Shown here: positions 43,100 through 52,266 of the stretch, piece after piece | Position numbering within the stretch: position 1 is the stretch's first letter | How the letters are laid out: every line of letters starts with the position of its first letter | From: Lentisphaerota bacterium | GTDB lineage: Bacteria > Verrucomicrobiota > Kiritimatiellia > PWTM01 | Assembly (NCBI GenBank): GCA_016873715.1 | Contig: VGWF01000001.1 | Location: 394 to 64,393 of the forward strand | Direction: 5' to 3' | DNA: 64,000 bases | Notes under the pieces: generated by a model | The model's database searches: none | The model's input: only the letters and a program-made list of their open reading frames with translations | What the model was told of the DNA's origin: nothing | Position numbers and translations under genes: made by a program

Positions 43100-45118
43100 A
43101 TGAGACGTCACGGTTGGTTGGGTCTCGCGTGCGCGGGGCTGGCCGCGCTGGGTGCGGCGGCGGATGCGGCGGAACGGAGGCCGAACGTCGTCCTCTTCCT
43201 CGTCGACGACATGGGCTGGATGGACAGCGGCGCGTACGGCTCCAAGTACTACGAAACGCCCGCCATGGACCGGTTCGCGACGCAGGCGATGCGCTTCACG
43301 CGGGCCTACTCGCAGCCGCTCTGCTCGCCGACGCGCGCCTCGATCCTCAGCGGCCAGTACTCGTCGCGCCACGGCGTCACCAGCGCCACCGGCCACCAGC
43401 CGCCCCAGCCGCCCGGCCACTCGTTCCTTCCCGCGAAGGCCCCGGCCAACCAGCCGCTGCTGATGCCGGAGAGCAAGAACTACCTCGACCCGTCGGTCGT
43501 CACGCTGGCCGAGGCGCTGCGCGAGTCCGGCTACCGCACCGCCCACATCGGCAAGTGGCACCTCGGCACGACCGGGCCGCACTGGCCCGAGGCGCAGGGG
43601 TTCGATGTCGCCTTCCACTGCCACCCCGATCCGGGCCCGCCGGGCGAGTACTTCTCCCCGTACGGCGTCGTGCCGCCGGGCAGCCCGCCGCCGGCGGACC
43701 GCCGCCAGAAGCATGTCGTCGGCACGATCACCGACGGTCCCGCGGGCGAGTACATCGTCGACCGCCTCGCGGACGAGGCGATCCGCTTCATCGAGTCGTC
43801 GAAGGACCGCCCGTTCTTCCTGAACCTCTGGAACTACGGCGTCCACGGGCCGTGGGGCCACAAGGAGGAGACCACGAGGGAATTCGCGAAGAAGACCGAT
43901 CCGCGCGGCGTCCAGGGCAATCCGATCATGGGCTCGATGCTCCGCAGCGTCGACGAGTGTTTCGGGCGCATCCTCGCGAAGCTCGATGAACTCAAGCTTG
44001 CGGACGACACGGTCGTCATCTTCTACTCCGACAACGGCGGGAACATCCACAGCAACACGCCGGACGACGGCAAGCAGGCGAACATCAAGCCGGGCCACCC
44101 GAAGTACGCCTTCCTCGAAGGCTGGCGGAAGTGGGCCGGCGACCGGCCGCCGACCTGCAACGCGCCGCTGCGCGACGGCAAGGGCCGGATGTACGAGGGC
44201 GGCGTGCGCGTGCCGCTGATGGTGCGGTGGCCCGGGAAGATCGCGGGCGGCGGCACCAGCGACGCGATCGTCGGGTGCATCGACATGTACCCGACGATCC
44301 TCGACCTCCTCGGCGTGCGGACGCCGGCGCAGCACACGGTGGACGGCGTCTCCTTCGCGCCCGTGCTGAAGGGGACCGGCGGCCTCGCGCGCGACGCCTA
44401 CTTCATCTGGTTCCCGCACCTCGTCCCCGGCGTGAGCGTGCACCAGGGCGACTGGAAGCTGATCCGCAGGTTCCAGGAGCGGCCCGGCGACTACGAGGGC
44501 ACGCGCGAGCTGTTCAACCTCAAGGACGACCCCGGGGAGACCACCAACCTCGCGGCAAAGATGCCGGAGAAGGTGAAGGAGCTCGACGCGCGGATCGACC
44601 GGTTCGCCGCGGAGACGGGCGCGCTGCTGCCGCAGCCGAACCCGGACTACAAGCCGCGTCCGGCCGCCGCCGTCGGCGCCACGAAGGCCCCGGCATCCGC
44701 CGACCCCGCCGCCGGGCTCGTGCCGAAGTCCTGCAGGATCACGGTCGTCGCCGGCGCGCTGCGCGTCGAGGCCGAAGGCAAGGCGCCGTTCCTCGGCACC
44801 GCGCAGGTGAAGTCCTCCGGGCCGCTCACGCTCGCGCTTCGCGCCCGCAGCGCCGCCGGCGGGGCGGGGAAGGTGCAGTGGGTGACGAAGGACCAGGAGG
44901 ACTTCCCGAAAGAGGGGCAGGTCGTCCCGTTCACGCTGCCCGCCGGCGCGGACTGGCAGGACGTGACCGTCGAGGTCCCGATGAAGGGCGAGACCCGCAT
45001 CCTCCGGCTCTACCTGCCGGCGGACAAGGGCCCGGTCGAGGTCGAGTCGATCCGCTGGACCCCCGCCAAGGCCGCCAAGCCCGCCCGGGCCTGGCAGTTC
45101 GGCGCCGCCCGCCCCTAG
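43100..45118 (+). CDS. Sulfatase (CSPTRASILSGQ) with the conserved C-terminal extension domain.
   Basis: Signal peptide; C-terminal '...GKVQWVTKDQEDFPKEGQVVPFTLPAGADWQDVTVEVP...ILRLYLPADKGPVEVESIRWTP'. Confidence 0.85.
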   Translation: MRRHGWLGLACAGLAALGAAADAAERRPNVVLFLVDDMGWMDSGAYGSKYYETPAMDRFATQAMRFTRAYSQPLCSPTRASILSGQYSSRHGVTSATGHQPPQPPGHSFLPAKAPANQPLLMPESKNYLDPSVVTLAEALRESGYRTAHIGKWHLGTTGPHWPEAQGFDVAFHCHPDPGPPGEYFSPYGVVPPGSPPPADRRQKHVVGTITDGPAGEYIVDRLADEAIRFIESSKDRPFFLNLWNYGVHGPWGHKEETTREFAKKTDPRGVQGNPIMGSMLRSVDECFGRILAKLDELKLADDTVVIFYSDNGGNIHSNTPDDGKQANIKPGHPKYAFLEGWRKWAGDRPPTCNAPLRDGKGRMYEGGVRVPLMVRWPGKIAGGGTSDAIVGCIDMYPTILDLLGVRTPAQHTVDGVSFAPVLKGTGGLARDAYFIWFPHLVPGVSVHQGDWKLIRRFQERPGDYEGTRELFNLKDDPGETTNLAAKMPEKVKELDARIDRFAAETGALLPQPNPDYKPRPAAAVGATKAPASADPAAGLVPKSCRITVVAGALRVEAEGKAPFLGTAQVKSSGPLTLALRARSAAGGAGKVQWVTKDQEDFPKEGQVVPFTLPAGADWQDVTVEVPMKGETRILRLYLPADKGPVEVESIRWTPAKAAKPARAWQFGAARP

Positions 45119-45527
45119 CGGGCGCCGCATGCCCGCGTGGGACCCGCTTGGACGCCCGCCGCGACCGTGTATGACCCAGGACGCGCCGCTCATCGGTCCC
45201 GGCCCGGATCACGGAGCTTGCAGATCGCATCCGAGTTCAGTCCCTTGCCGGAACGGCGACGTGCCGGTTCCGTCGGAAGACCCGGACGACACATCCTTCC
45301 TCGACCTGCCGCAGCAACTCGCTGAACCTCGTCTGGCCTCGAATGCACCAATCTCCAGGGTCTTCATGCCGTCATCATCCGACGAACCAACCAGCTTCAC
45401 AACCAGTTGTTTCGAACCGGCCGGTGCGGGGGTCGCGGGGGCGGTGTCCGGGCATTGACCTTGCGTTGGCCTTGTGTTTGACTGATCGCATGAGCGTTGA
45501 CCTGTCAAATGACCGGCGGAGGCGGGC

Positions 45528-48425
45528 ATGACGCGGGCCGTGCTTCTCTTTTTGCTGTCGGCGGTCGCGGCGCGGGCCGGGGAGCCGTACCGTCCGCTGG
45601 CCTGGCGCGGGGATGCCGAGTGGTACGGGTCGGCGTTCTGGACGGGGCCGGACTGGACGCGGGTCGGGAAGGACTGGCACCACCCGGGGAACGACACGCC
45701 GAGCGTCCGCAGGTTCGAATGCCCGCGCGACGGGCGCGTGGCCGTCACCGGTCGCGTGGCGAAGCTCCATCTCAGCGGCGACGGCATCCGCGCGACGATC
45801 CGGCACAACGGGCGCGATGCGTGGACCGCGGAGATCGGCGGGACCGACGGCACGGGCGTCGTCCACCGCGTCGAGTTCGACGTGAAGGCCGGCGACGCGA
45901 TCCGTTTCGTCGTCCACAAACGCGGCCACATCGGCTGCGATACGACCGGTTGGGATCCTGTGGTTGTGTATGCGGACGGCGCGGCGTTCCGCGCGTCGGA
46001 GGCGTTTGCGGCCGCGAAGCAGGGCGGGGGAGGGTGGTCCTACGAGCAGGAGGGCGAGGGGACCGCGCCGCCCGCGGTGCCGGCTGCGGCCGCTCCGGAG
46101 CGTCCGTCCGCGCCGCCGTCCCCGGCGCTGTCCGCCCTCCTGGCCGCGCGGGCCGGCGAACTCGCGCCGGAGACCGATTCCGCGCTGCTCGCCATGGCGA
46201 TGGAGGAATGGTGGCGGGAGGACGGGCTCGACGACACGCCCGCGACGTACCGGGCCGCGGCAAGCAACCACCTGGAGCGGGTGCGCGCGCTCGCCTCGTG
46301 CGCCGGCGCGCCGCCGGCGGACGCGGACCGCCTTGTCGGAGCCGGGCCGCAGTCGCTCGACGACTGGCGTCTCCACTACCTCCGCGTCCGCGCCCTGAAG
46401 CGCTCGCTGATGATGGGCCGTCCCGAGATGCGGTTCGGCGAACTACTCGTGTGCAAGCGCCGCATGCCGTCCTACGCACACCTCGTCGCCCAGTACTACG
46501 GCTGGCGGCAGCGGGCGGGCGGGGGCCTCTACGCCGTGGCGCGGCCGGGACAGTCACTCGCGCTGCGCGACCTCACGGGCGGGCGCCTGCCGCCGGGCAG
46601 CTGCCTCGAGCCGCGCGTGCATCCGGACGGACGCCGCGTCCTGTTCGCCTTCGTCGCGTGCGACCTGACCACGCCCGAGCCGACCTCGCTGCCGGTGAAC
46701 GAGGCCGGGCCGGATGAGCGCTACTTCCACCTGTACGAGATCGCCGCGGACGGCACGGGCCTGCGCCAGCTCACGCGCGGGCCCTACGACGACATGATGG
46801 CCGACTACCTGCCCGACGGCGGCCTCGTCTTCTGTTCGACGCGCCGGAAGGGCTACTCGCGCTGCTTCGGGCCGCAGTACAGTCCGCGGTGGGACACCTA
46901 CACGCTGCACCGCGCCGACGGCGACGGCGGCGGCATCCGCACGCTTTCATGGAACGACGTCAGCGAGTGGTTCCCCGCGGTGGGGCACGGCGGCGAGATC
47001 CTCTTCGCGCGGTGGGACTACATCGACCGCGACGCGGTGACGCACCAGAACCTGTGGTCGTGCCGGCCCGACGGCACCAACCCGATGGCGGTCTGGGGCA
47101 ACGGCCTTCCGAAGCCGCACTGCACGTTCCAGGCGCGTCCGGTGCCCGGCTCGCACAGGCTCGTCTTCACCGCGTCGGCGCACCACTCGATCACGGCGGG
47201 GCCCGTGTGCCTGCTCGACCCGACGGTCGGCCTCAACGCGCCCGAGGCGGTCGAGCGCGTGACGCCGCTGCCGTATCCGGAGGCCGAGGGCTGGGCGCTG
47301 CCCGAGTGGTACGAGTCGCCGTGGCCGCTCTCGGAGGACTGGTTCCTCGCCGCCTACAGCCCGAAGCGGCTGCGGTCCGAGGGGCAGCACAAGAGCGACC
47401 CGAACCCGGATGACGCGCTGCGGATCGTCCTGCTCGACCGCCGCGGCAACCGCGAACTCGTGTACCGCGACCGCGGGATCGGGACCACGACGCCGGTTCC
47501 GCTCGCCCCTCGTCGCCCGCCCCCCGTGGTCGCCAGCGTCCTGCCTGCCGATCCGCCGCCGCACGGCGAGCTGACGATCTACGACGTCTACCGCGGCCTC
47601 GACGGCGTGCCGCGCGGGTCGATCGCGGAGATCCGGATCGTGCAGCTCTTCCCCAAGACCACGCCGGTCGCCAACGTGCCGCGCATGGGCCTGGCGGGCG
47701 AGGAGAACGGCCGCGCGATCCTCGGCACCGTGCCGGTCGAGGCGGACGGCTCCGCGCGGTTCCTGCTGCCCGCGCGCACGAAGGTGCTGTTCCAGGCGGT
47801 CGACCGCGACGGCTTCGTGCGGCGCACGATGCGCTCGTCGACCTACGTCCAGCCCGGCGAGGTCACCTCGTGCGTCGGCTGCCACGAGTACGGGACCACG
47901 CTGCCCTCGGCCGCCGGCGGCGCGCCCATGGCGATGCGCCGCGCGCCCTCGACGATCGAGCCCGGACTGCTGGGCGGGCGTCCGTTCGGCTTCGTCGAGG
48001 TCGTGCAGCCCGTCCTCGACCGCCATTGCATCCGCTGCCACGCCGGGGAGAAGCCGAAGGGCGGGATCGATCTCACGCGGGCGCCGGACCGCGGGTTCAC
48101 GCGGTCCTACTGGGCGTTGTGCGGCGACGCGGCGGGGCGTCCGACGCGCCCCGAGGCCGACGCGGGCGACCTCGTGCCGCGCTACCGGCAGCGCAACCAG
48201 ATCCAGATCACGCCGCCGGACGACCTGCGCGCCGCGCGGCAGAGCCGGCTGATCCGCATGCTGGCGGCCGCGTCCGGCCACCAGGGGGTGAAGGTGCCGC
48301 CGGACGACCTCCGCCGCCTCGCCGCCTGGATCGACCTCAACGCGATCTTCTACGGCGTCTACGACGCGCCCTCGCAGGCCCGCCAGGTCGCCGGCGACCC
48401 CGTCCCGATGCCGGACATCCGCTGA
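45528..48425 (+). CDS. Secreted multidomain protein, paralog 3. It has an N-terminal beta-sandwich-like domain, a linker, a PD40 beta-propeller and two CxxCH motifs ('SCVGCHE', 'RHCIRCHAGEKPKGGIDLT').
   Basis: An RBS 'ggcggagg' precedes the ATG at 45528. Conserved blocks are shared with the genes at 4760 and 7927. Confidence 0.85.
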   Translation: MTRAVLLFLLSAVAARAGEPYRPLAWRGDAEWYGSAFWTGPDWTRVGKDWHHPGNDTPSVRRFECPRDGRVAVTGRVAKLHLSGDGIRATIRHNGRDAWTAEIGGTDGTGVVHRVEFDVKAGDAIRFVVHKRGHIGCDTTGWDPVVVYADGAAFRASEAFAAAKQGGGGWSYEQEGEGTAPPAVPAAAAPERPSAPPSPALSALLAARAGELAPETDSALLAMAMEEWWREDGLDDTPATYRAAASNHLERVRALASCAGAPPADADRLVGAGPQSLDDWRLHYLRVRALKRSLMMGRPEMRFGELLVCKRRMPSYAHLVAQYYGWRQRAGGGLYAVARPGQSLALRDLTGGRLPPGSCLEPRVHPDGRRVLFAFVACDLTTPEPTSLPVNEAGPDERYFHLYEIAADGTGLRQLTRGPYDDMMADYLPDGGLVFCSTRRKGYSRCFGPQYSPRWDTYTLHRADGDGGGIRTLSWNDVSEWFPAVGHGGEILFARWDYIDRDAVTHQNLWSCRPDGTNPMAVWGNGLPKPHCTFQARPVPGSHRLVFTASAHHSITAGPVCLLDPTVGLNAPEAVERVTPLPYPEAEGWALPEWYESPWPLSEDWFLAAYSPKRLRSEGQHKSDPNPDDALRIVLLDRRGNRELVYRDRGIGTTTPVPLAPRRPPPVVASVLPADPPPHGELTIYDVYRGLDGVPRGSIAEIRIVQLFPKTTPVANVPRMGLAGEENGRAILGTVPVEADGSARFLLPARTKVLFQAVDRDGFVRRTMRSSTYVQPGEVTSCVGCHEYGTTLPSAAGGAPMAMRRAPSTIEPGLLGGRPFGFVEVVQPVLDRHCIRCHAGEKPKGGIDLTRAPDRGFTRSYWALCGDAAGRPTRPEADAGDLVPRYRQRNQIQITPPDDLRAARQSRLIRMLAAASGHQGVKVPPDDLRRLAAWIDLNAIFYGVYDAPSQARQVAGDPVPMPDIR

Positions 48426-48548
48426 CCTTCCAACCCTTGGACGCCGCGGCCTGCCGACGGTCCAAGGGTTGGAACCCCGCGCGGTCCGGGCTTGCGCCGG
48501 CCGGCCATCCTGGGCCACGCTGCCGTTGTCGAGCGTGGAGGACCGGAC

Positions 48549-50114
48549 ATGAGCCGAGGAATGCGGCGTCGGGATTTCGTGGGGTTGTGCGGTGCGGCGG
48601 CGGCGGTCCCGTGGGCCGGGCGCGGGGCGGGGGCGGACCGTCCCAACATCCTGTTCGTCTTCGCGGACCAGCTTCGCTCGATGGATCTGGGCTGCTACGG
48701 GAGCCGGCAGGTCCGGACGCCGCACATCGACCGGTTGGCGCGCGAGGGCATGCTCTTCACGAACGCGATCAGCACGGCGCCGGTCTGCTCGCCGTTCCGC
48801 GCGATGCTTCTGACCGGAAACCACCCGATGAAGAACGGCATGGTCTACAACGACCACTTCCTCCGCAACCCGACCCCCTGCTTCGCGGAGGCCTGCAAGG
48901 CCGTCGGCTACCGCACCGGCTACATCGGCAAATGGCACGTCGACGGCGCGGGCCGCTCGGCGCGCATCCCGCCGGAGCGACGGCTCGGCTTCGATTTCTG
49001 GCGCACGCTGGAATGCACGCATGCCTACTTCAAGTCGCCGTACTACCACCAGGACGAGGCGACGCCGCGCACGTGGGAGGGCTACGACGCCGCCGCGCAG
49101 ACCGGCGCGGCGTGCGGCTTCATCCGGGACCGTCAGGCGGGCCGCCCGTTCTGCCTGTTCCTGTCGTGGGGCCCGCCGCACGATCCCTACGTCGCGCCGC
49201 CGGAGTACATGAGGCGGTTCGATCCGGCGGGGATCGAGATGCGGCCGAACGTCGACGACTTCGCCGCGGCGGAGCGGATGCGAGCCGAGTGCGACACGGA
49301 GCTTCCGGCCGGCTTCGCCGTCAACCGGCGGCGGCTCGTCGCCTCGCTGAGCGACCGCTCGAACGCCGCCGTCCGCGAGTGGTACCGCGGCTACTTCGCC
49401 GCGATCGAGGCGCTCGACGACTGCATGGGCCGGCTGCTCGCGGCACTGAAGGAGGCCGGCGAACTGGACCGCACGGTGGTGGTGTTCACATCGGACCACG
49501 GCGACAGCCTCGGGTCGCACCGGCAGTACGGGAAACAGATGCCCTACGAGGAATCGATCTCCGTCCCGTTCCTTGTCCGCCATCCGCCGGCGGTTCCCGC
49601 CGGCGCGAGGACCGACGCGCTGCTCGCCCCGCTCGACATGATGCCGACCGTGCTCGGCCTCGCCGGCGTGCCGTGCCCGGCGGTCGACGGCCGCAGCCTC
49701 GCCGACGTCGTGCGCGGGCGCCGCGCGGACGACCGCGATGCGGTGCTGATCCAGAACACGACCTGGATCGGCACGAACTGGATCGCGAACGGCGCCGGCC
49801 CGTGGCGCGGCGTGCGGACGAAGACGCACACCTACGCGCGCCGGTCGGACACCCGGAAGCCGTGGATGCTGTTCGACAACCGGGCCGACCCGTACCAGAT
49901 GACCAATCTCGTCGACCGCCCCGGGCACGCCGCGCAGGTCGCAGCGCTCGATGCGCGGACGACCGAGCTGTGCGCCGAGGCCGGGGATCCCGAAGATCCG
50001 GTCCGCATCGCGAAGCTGATCCAGGACGAGCGCCGCTCCCGCGGACTCGACGAGCGGGCCGCGGACCTTCTGCCGGCCCGCGTCGAGCCGGGGAGCGGGT
50101 TTCGGGATCTGTGA
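48549..50114 (+). CDS. Sulfatase (CSPFRAMLLTGN) with a Tat signal (RRRDFVGLCGAAAA).
   Basis: Sulfatase motifs; an RBS 'ggagga' lies upstream. Confidence 0.85.
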   Translation: MSRGMRRRDFVGLCGAAAAVPWAGRGAGADRPNILFVFADQLRSMDLGCYGSRQVRTPHIDRLAREGMLFTNAISTAPVCSPFRAMLLTGNHPMKNGMVYNDHFLRNPTPCFAEACKAVGYRTGYIGKWHVDGAGRSARIPPERRLGFDFWRTLECTHAYFKSPYYHQDEATPRTWEGYDAAAQTGAACGFIRDRQAGRPFCLFLSWGPPHDPYVAPPEYMRRFDPAGIEMRPNVDDFAAAERMRAECDTELPAGFAVNRRRLVASLSDRSNAAVREWYRGYFAAIEALDDCMGRLLAALKEAGELDRTVVVFTSDHGDSLGSHRQYGKQMPYEESISVPFLVRHPPAVPAGARTDALLAPLDMMPTVLGLAGVPCPAVDGRSLADVVRGRRADDRDAVLIQNTTWIGTNWIANGAGPWRGVRTKTHTYARRSDTRKPWMLFDNRADPYQMTNLVDRPGHAAQVAALDARTTELCAEAGDPEDPVRIAKLIQDERRSRGLDERAADLLPARVEPGSGFRDL

Positions 50115-50565
50115 GGGGCGGGCAGGAGGGCCCGCGCCACGGCGACCGGGAGCCGCGCAGGGCAGACGCATCTTGTTCCTGTCGAAACCGGGCCGTGTGC
50201 GCGGGATCCTCAGGATCCCCCTTCCAGCGCCGGGAAAGGGAGATCTGAGCCGAACAATCCTTGAATCAAGGCGAAGGCGATGCCGCGGCGCGCACCAGGT
50301 GGCCCCGAGCCCGCGAGGGGCCCGGCCGGGAACGCGGCAGACCGCCCCGGATGCAAGACGACGAAGGGGGCGCTGGACTCGTGTCCGCGCCCCCTTCGGC
50401 AACGCCGCAGGCGGGGCGGGATCCCGCGCGATCCGGCCGGCCTGGTGCGCGTCGCACCCCCGCAACCGCGAGGGCTCCAGCGTCCACCAGCCACCCCGCG
50501 CCACGGCGACCGGGAGCCGCGCGGCCGGGCTTGCAGTGCCGAGACCACTCGGGCATGGTTTCGTC

Positions 50566-51579
50566 ATGAACGCGATCCGGTACGGCGTGGCGATCGGGAT
50601 GGCGGCGGCGGCCTGCGGGGCGGGGGAGCCCGTGCTGGCGCCGGGCGTGCGGCTGCAGGCCGACGGCAAGGACATCGACGTCGAGATCGGTCACCTCGTG
50701 CCCTGCGTTGCCGATTGGAACGGCGACGGGCGAAAGGACCTCCTCCTCGGCCAGTTCAGGGAAGGCCGCATCCGCTTCTATCCGAACACCGGCACCGACG
50801 CGCAGCCGGAGTTCAAGTCCTTCGAGCTTCTCTCCGCCGGCGGAACACCCATCCGCCTGGACGCGGGGTGATGCGTGGGCTCGTATCCACAGGTTGTGGA
50901 TACCAACAACGACGGGCTGCCGGACATCGTCAGCGGTGATGCGAGTGGCGCGGTGTGGCTGTTCCGGAACGCGGGGACGCGGACGCAGCCGAATCTGGCC
51001 GTCGGCGAGCGCGTGAAGGCCGGAGGCGTGCCCATCGAGGGGACGCGTCGGCGCTACGAGAAGGGGGCCGACGGCCGCTTCCGGGTGATTTCCGAAACCA
51101 ACGCCGTGAGCGGCGTCTATTCGAAGCTCCACCTGGCCGACTGGGATGGGGACGGACTGCGCGATCTGCTCGTCGGCCAGGACGGACCCGCCGGTCAGGA
51201 TCTCGTTGTCTATCGCAACGCGGGCGCCGCGGACCGCATGGAGTTGGAGGCGCCCGTGCCCCTTGCGCTGCCGGGGCCGCAGATGTCCCGTCCGTCGATG
51301 CTGCTGTTCGACTGGGACGGCGACGGGAAGACGGACGTGCTCTGCGGCACGGAGAACGCGCGGATCGTCTTCTTCCGGCGCACCGGCGACGGTCGGGCGC
51401 CGACGTTCGCCGAAGGGGTGGACCTGAAGCTGGAGGGCCCGGGCTTCGAGAAGAGCTACCGGTGCCGCCCGTGGGTTGCCGACTGGAACAACGACGGCAA
51501 ACCCGACCTGCTCGTCGGCAACATCTACAGCGACGCGAAGAAGGCCGGCGGCAACGTCTGGCTCTTCCTGGCGAAGTGA
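50566..51579 (+). pseudogene. FG-GAP/VCBS-repeat lipoprotein interrupted by an in-frame TGA at 50869-50871. It may be a pseudogene, a sequencing error, or a recoded (selenocysteine?) gene.
   Basis: The two track ORFs (50173..50871 and 50875..51579) are in the same frame. Five FG-GAP repeats (DWNGDGRKD, DTNNDGLPD, DWDGDGLRD, DWDGDGKTD, DWNNDGKPD) span the stop. Lipobox 'AAAC'. Confidence 0.55.
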
Positions 51580-51629
51580 GCCGCGCCCGGCGCCGCCGGG
51601 TGGATCCGATCCGCCGGCCCGCGGGCCGG

Positions 51630-52064
51630 TCAGGGCTTGGTCAGCGTCCAGATCCCGCTTCCGCCCCCGCCGGCGATGATCGTGAAGGTGCCGGTCATGA
51701 CGTCGCGGTCGTCGTTGGCGGTGCCGGTCCATTCCGAGACGGCCGCGCCGCTCTGGACGGTCATCGTGACCGTGTCGCCGTTGATCTCGCCGGTCATCGT
51801 GCCGTTCACGCCGCCGGTGCCCTGGTAGGTTCCGCTCAGCGTGTTGCCGGACTGCACGATCCCCATGCCGATGTTCGCCGGGGGATTCCCGTTCTGGGCG
51901 ATGGTACCGGTCCACGCCCCGCTCAGCGTTGCGGAGGTTGCGTTGGTGACGTTGTTCGTGACGACCGTGGTGCCGCCGTTACCGTCGTCGCTGTCGCAGC
52001 CCACCACCCCCGTCATCGCGGCCGCAAGACAGGCCATTCCACACCAGGCAAGCAGCGTCTTCAT
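51630..52064 (-). CDS. Small Gly/Thr/Asn-rich lipoprotein (144 aa; lipobox VVGC).
   Basis: A 'ggag' RBS lies 8 nt upstream of the ATG at 52064..52062; high GC3; signal plus Cys. Confidence 0.6.
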   Translation of the reverse strand: MKTLLAWCGMACLAAAMTGVVGCDSDDGNGGTTVVTNNVTNATSATLSGAWTGTIAQNGNPPANIGMGIVQSGNTLSGTYQGTGGVNGTMTGEINGDTVTMTVQSGAAVSEWTGTANDDRDVMTGTFTIIAGGGGSGIWTLTKP

Positions 52065-52266
52065 GGGCACTCCATTGAGAAGCGGCCTCCATCCGGTGCG
52101 GCACCGTGCCGGCATGGCCGGGCGGAGGTCGCGCTTGCACGGGCGCAGGGTATCACGGCGGACTCGGAACGCCAGCCCGAAAGCCGTTCACGCGCCGTGT
52201 CCGGGCAATAACGGCCGGCCCGGGGCGTTATCCAAGGACCGCCGGCATCCGGCGGACGAGGGATTC

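Noticed and set aside
45209-45931. 240-aa minus-strand ORF overlapping the start of paralog 3 and the atypical intergenic region.
   Set aside because: GC3 is only ~65% in the intergenic part versus >90% in real genes. It overlaps a well-supported plus-strand gene.
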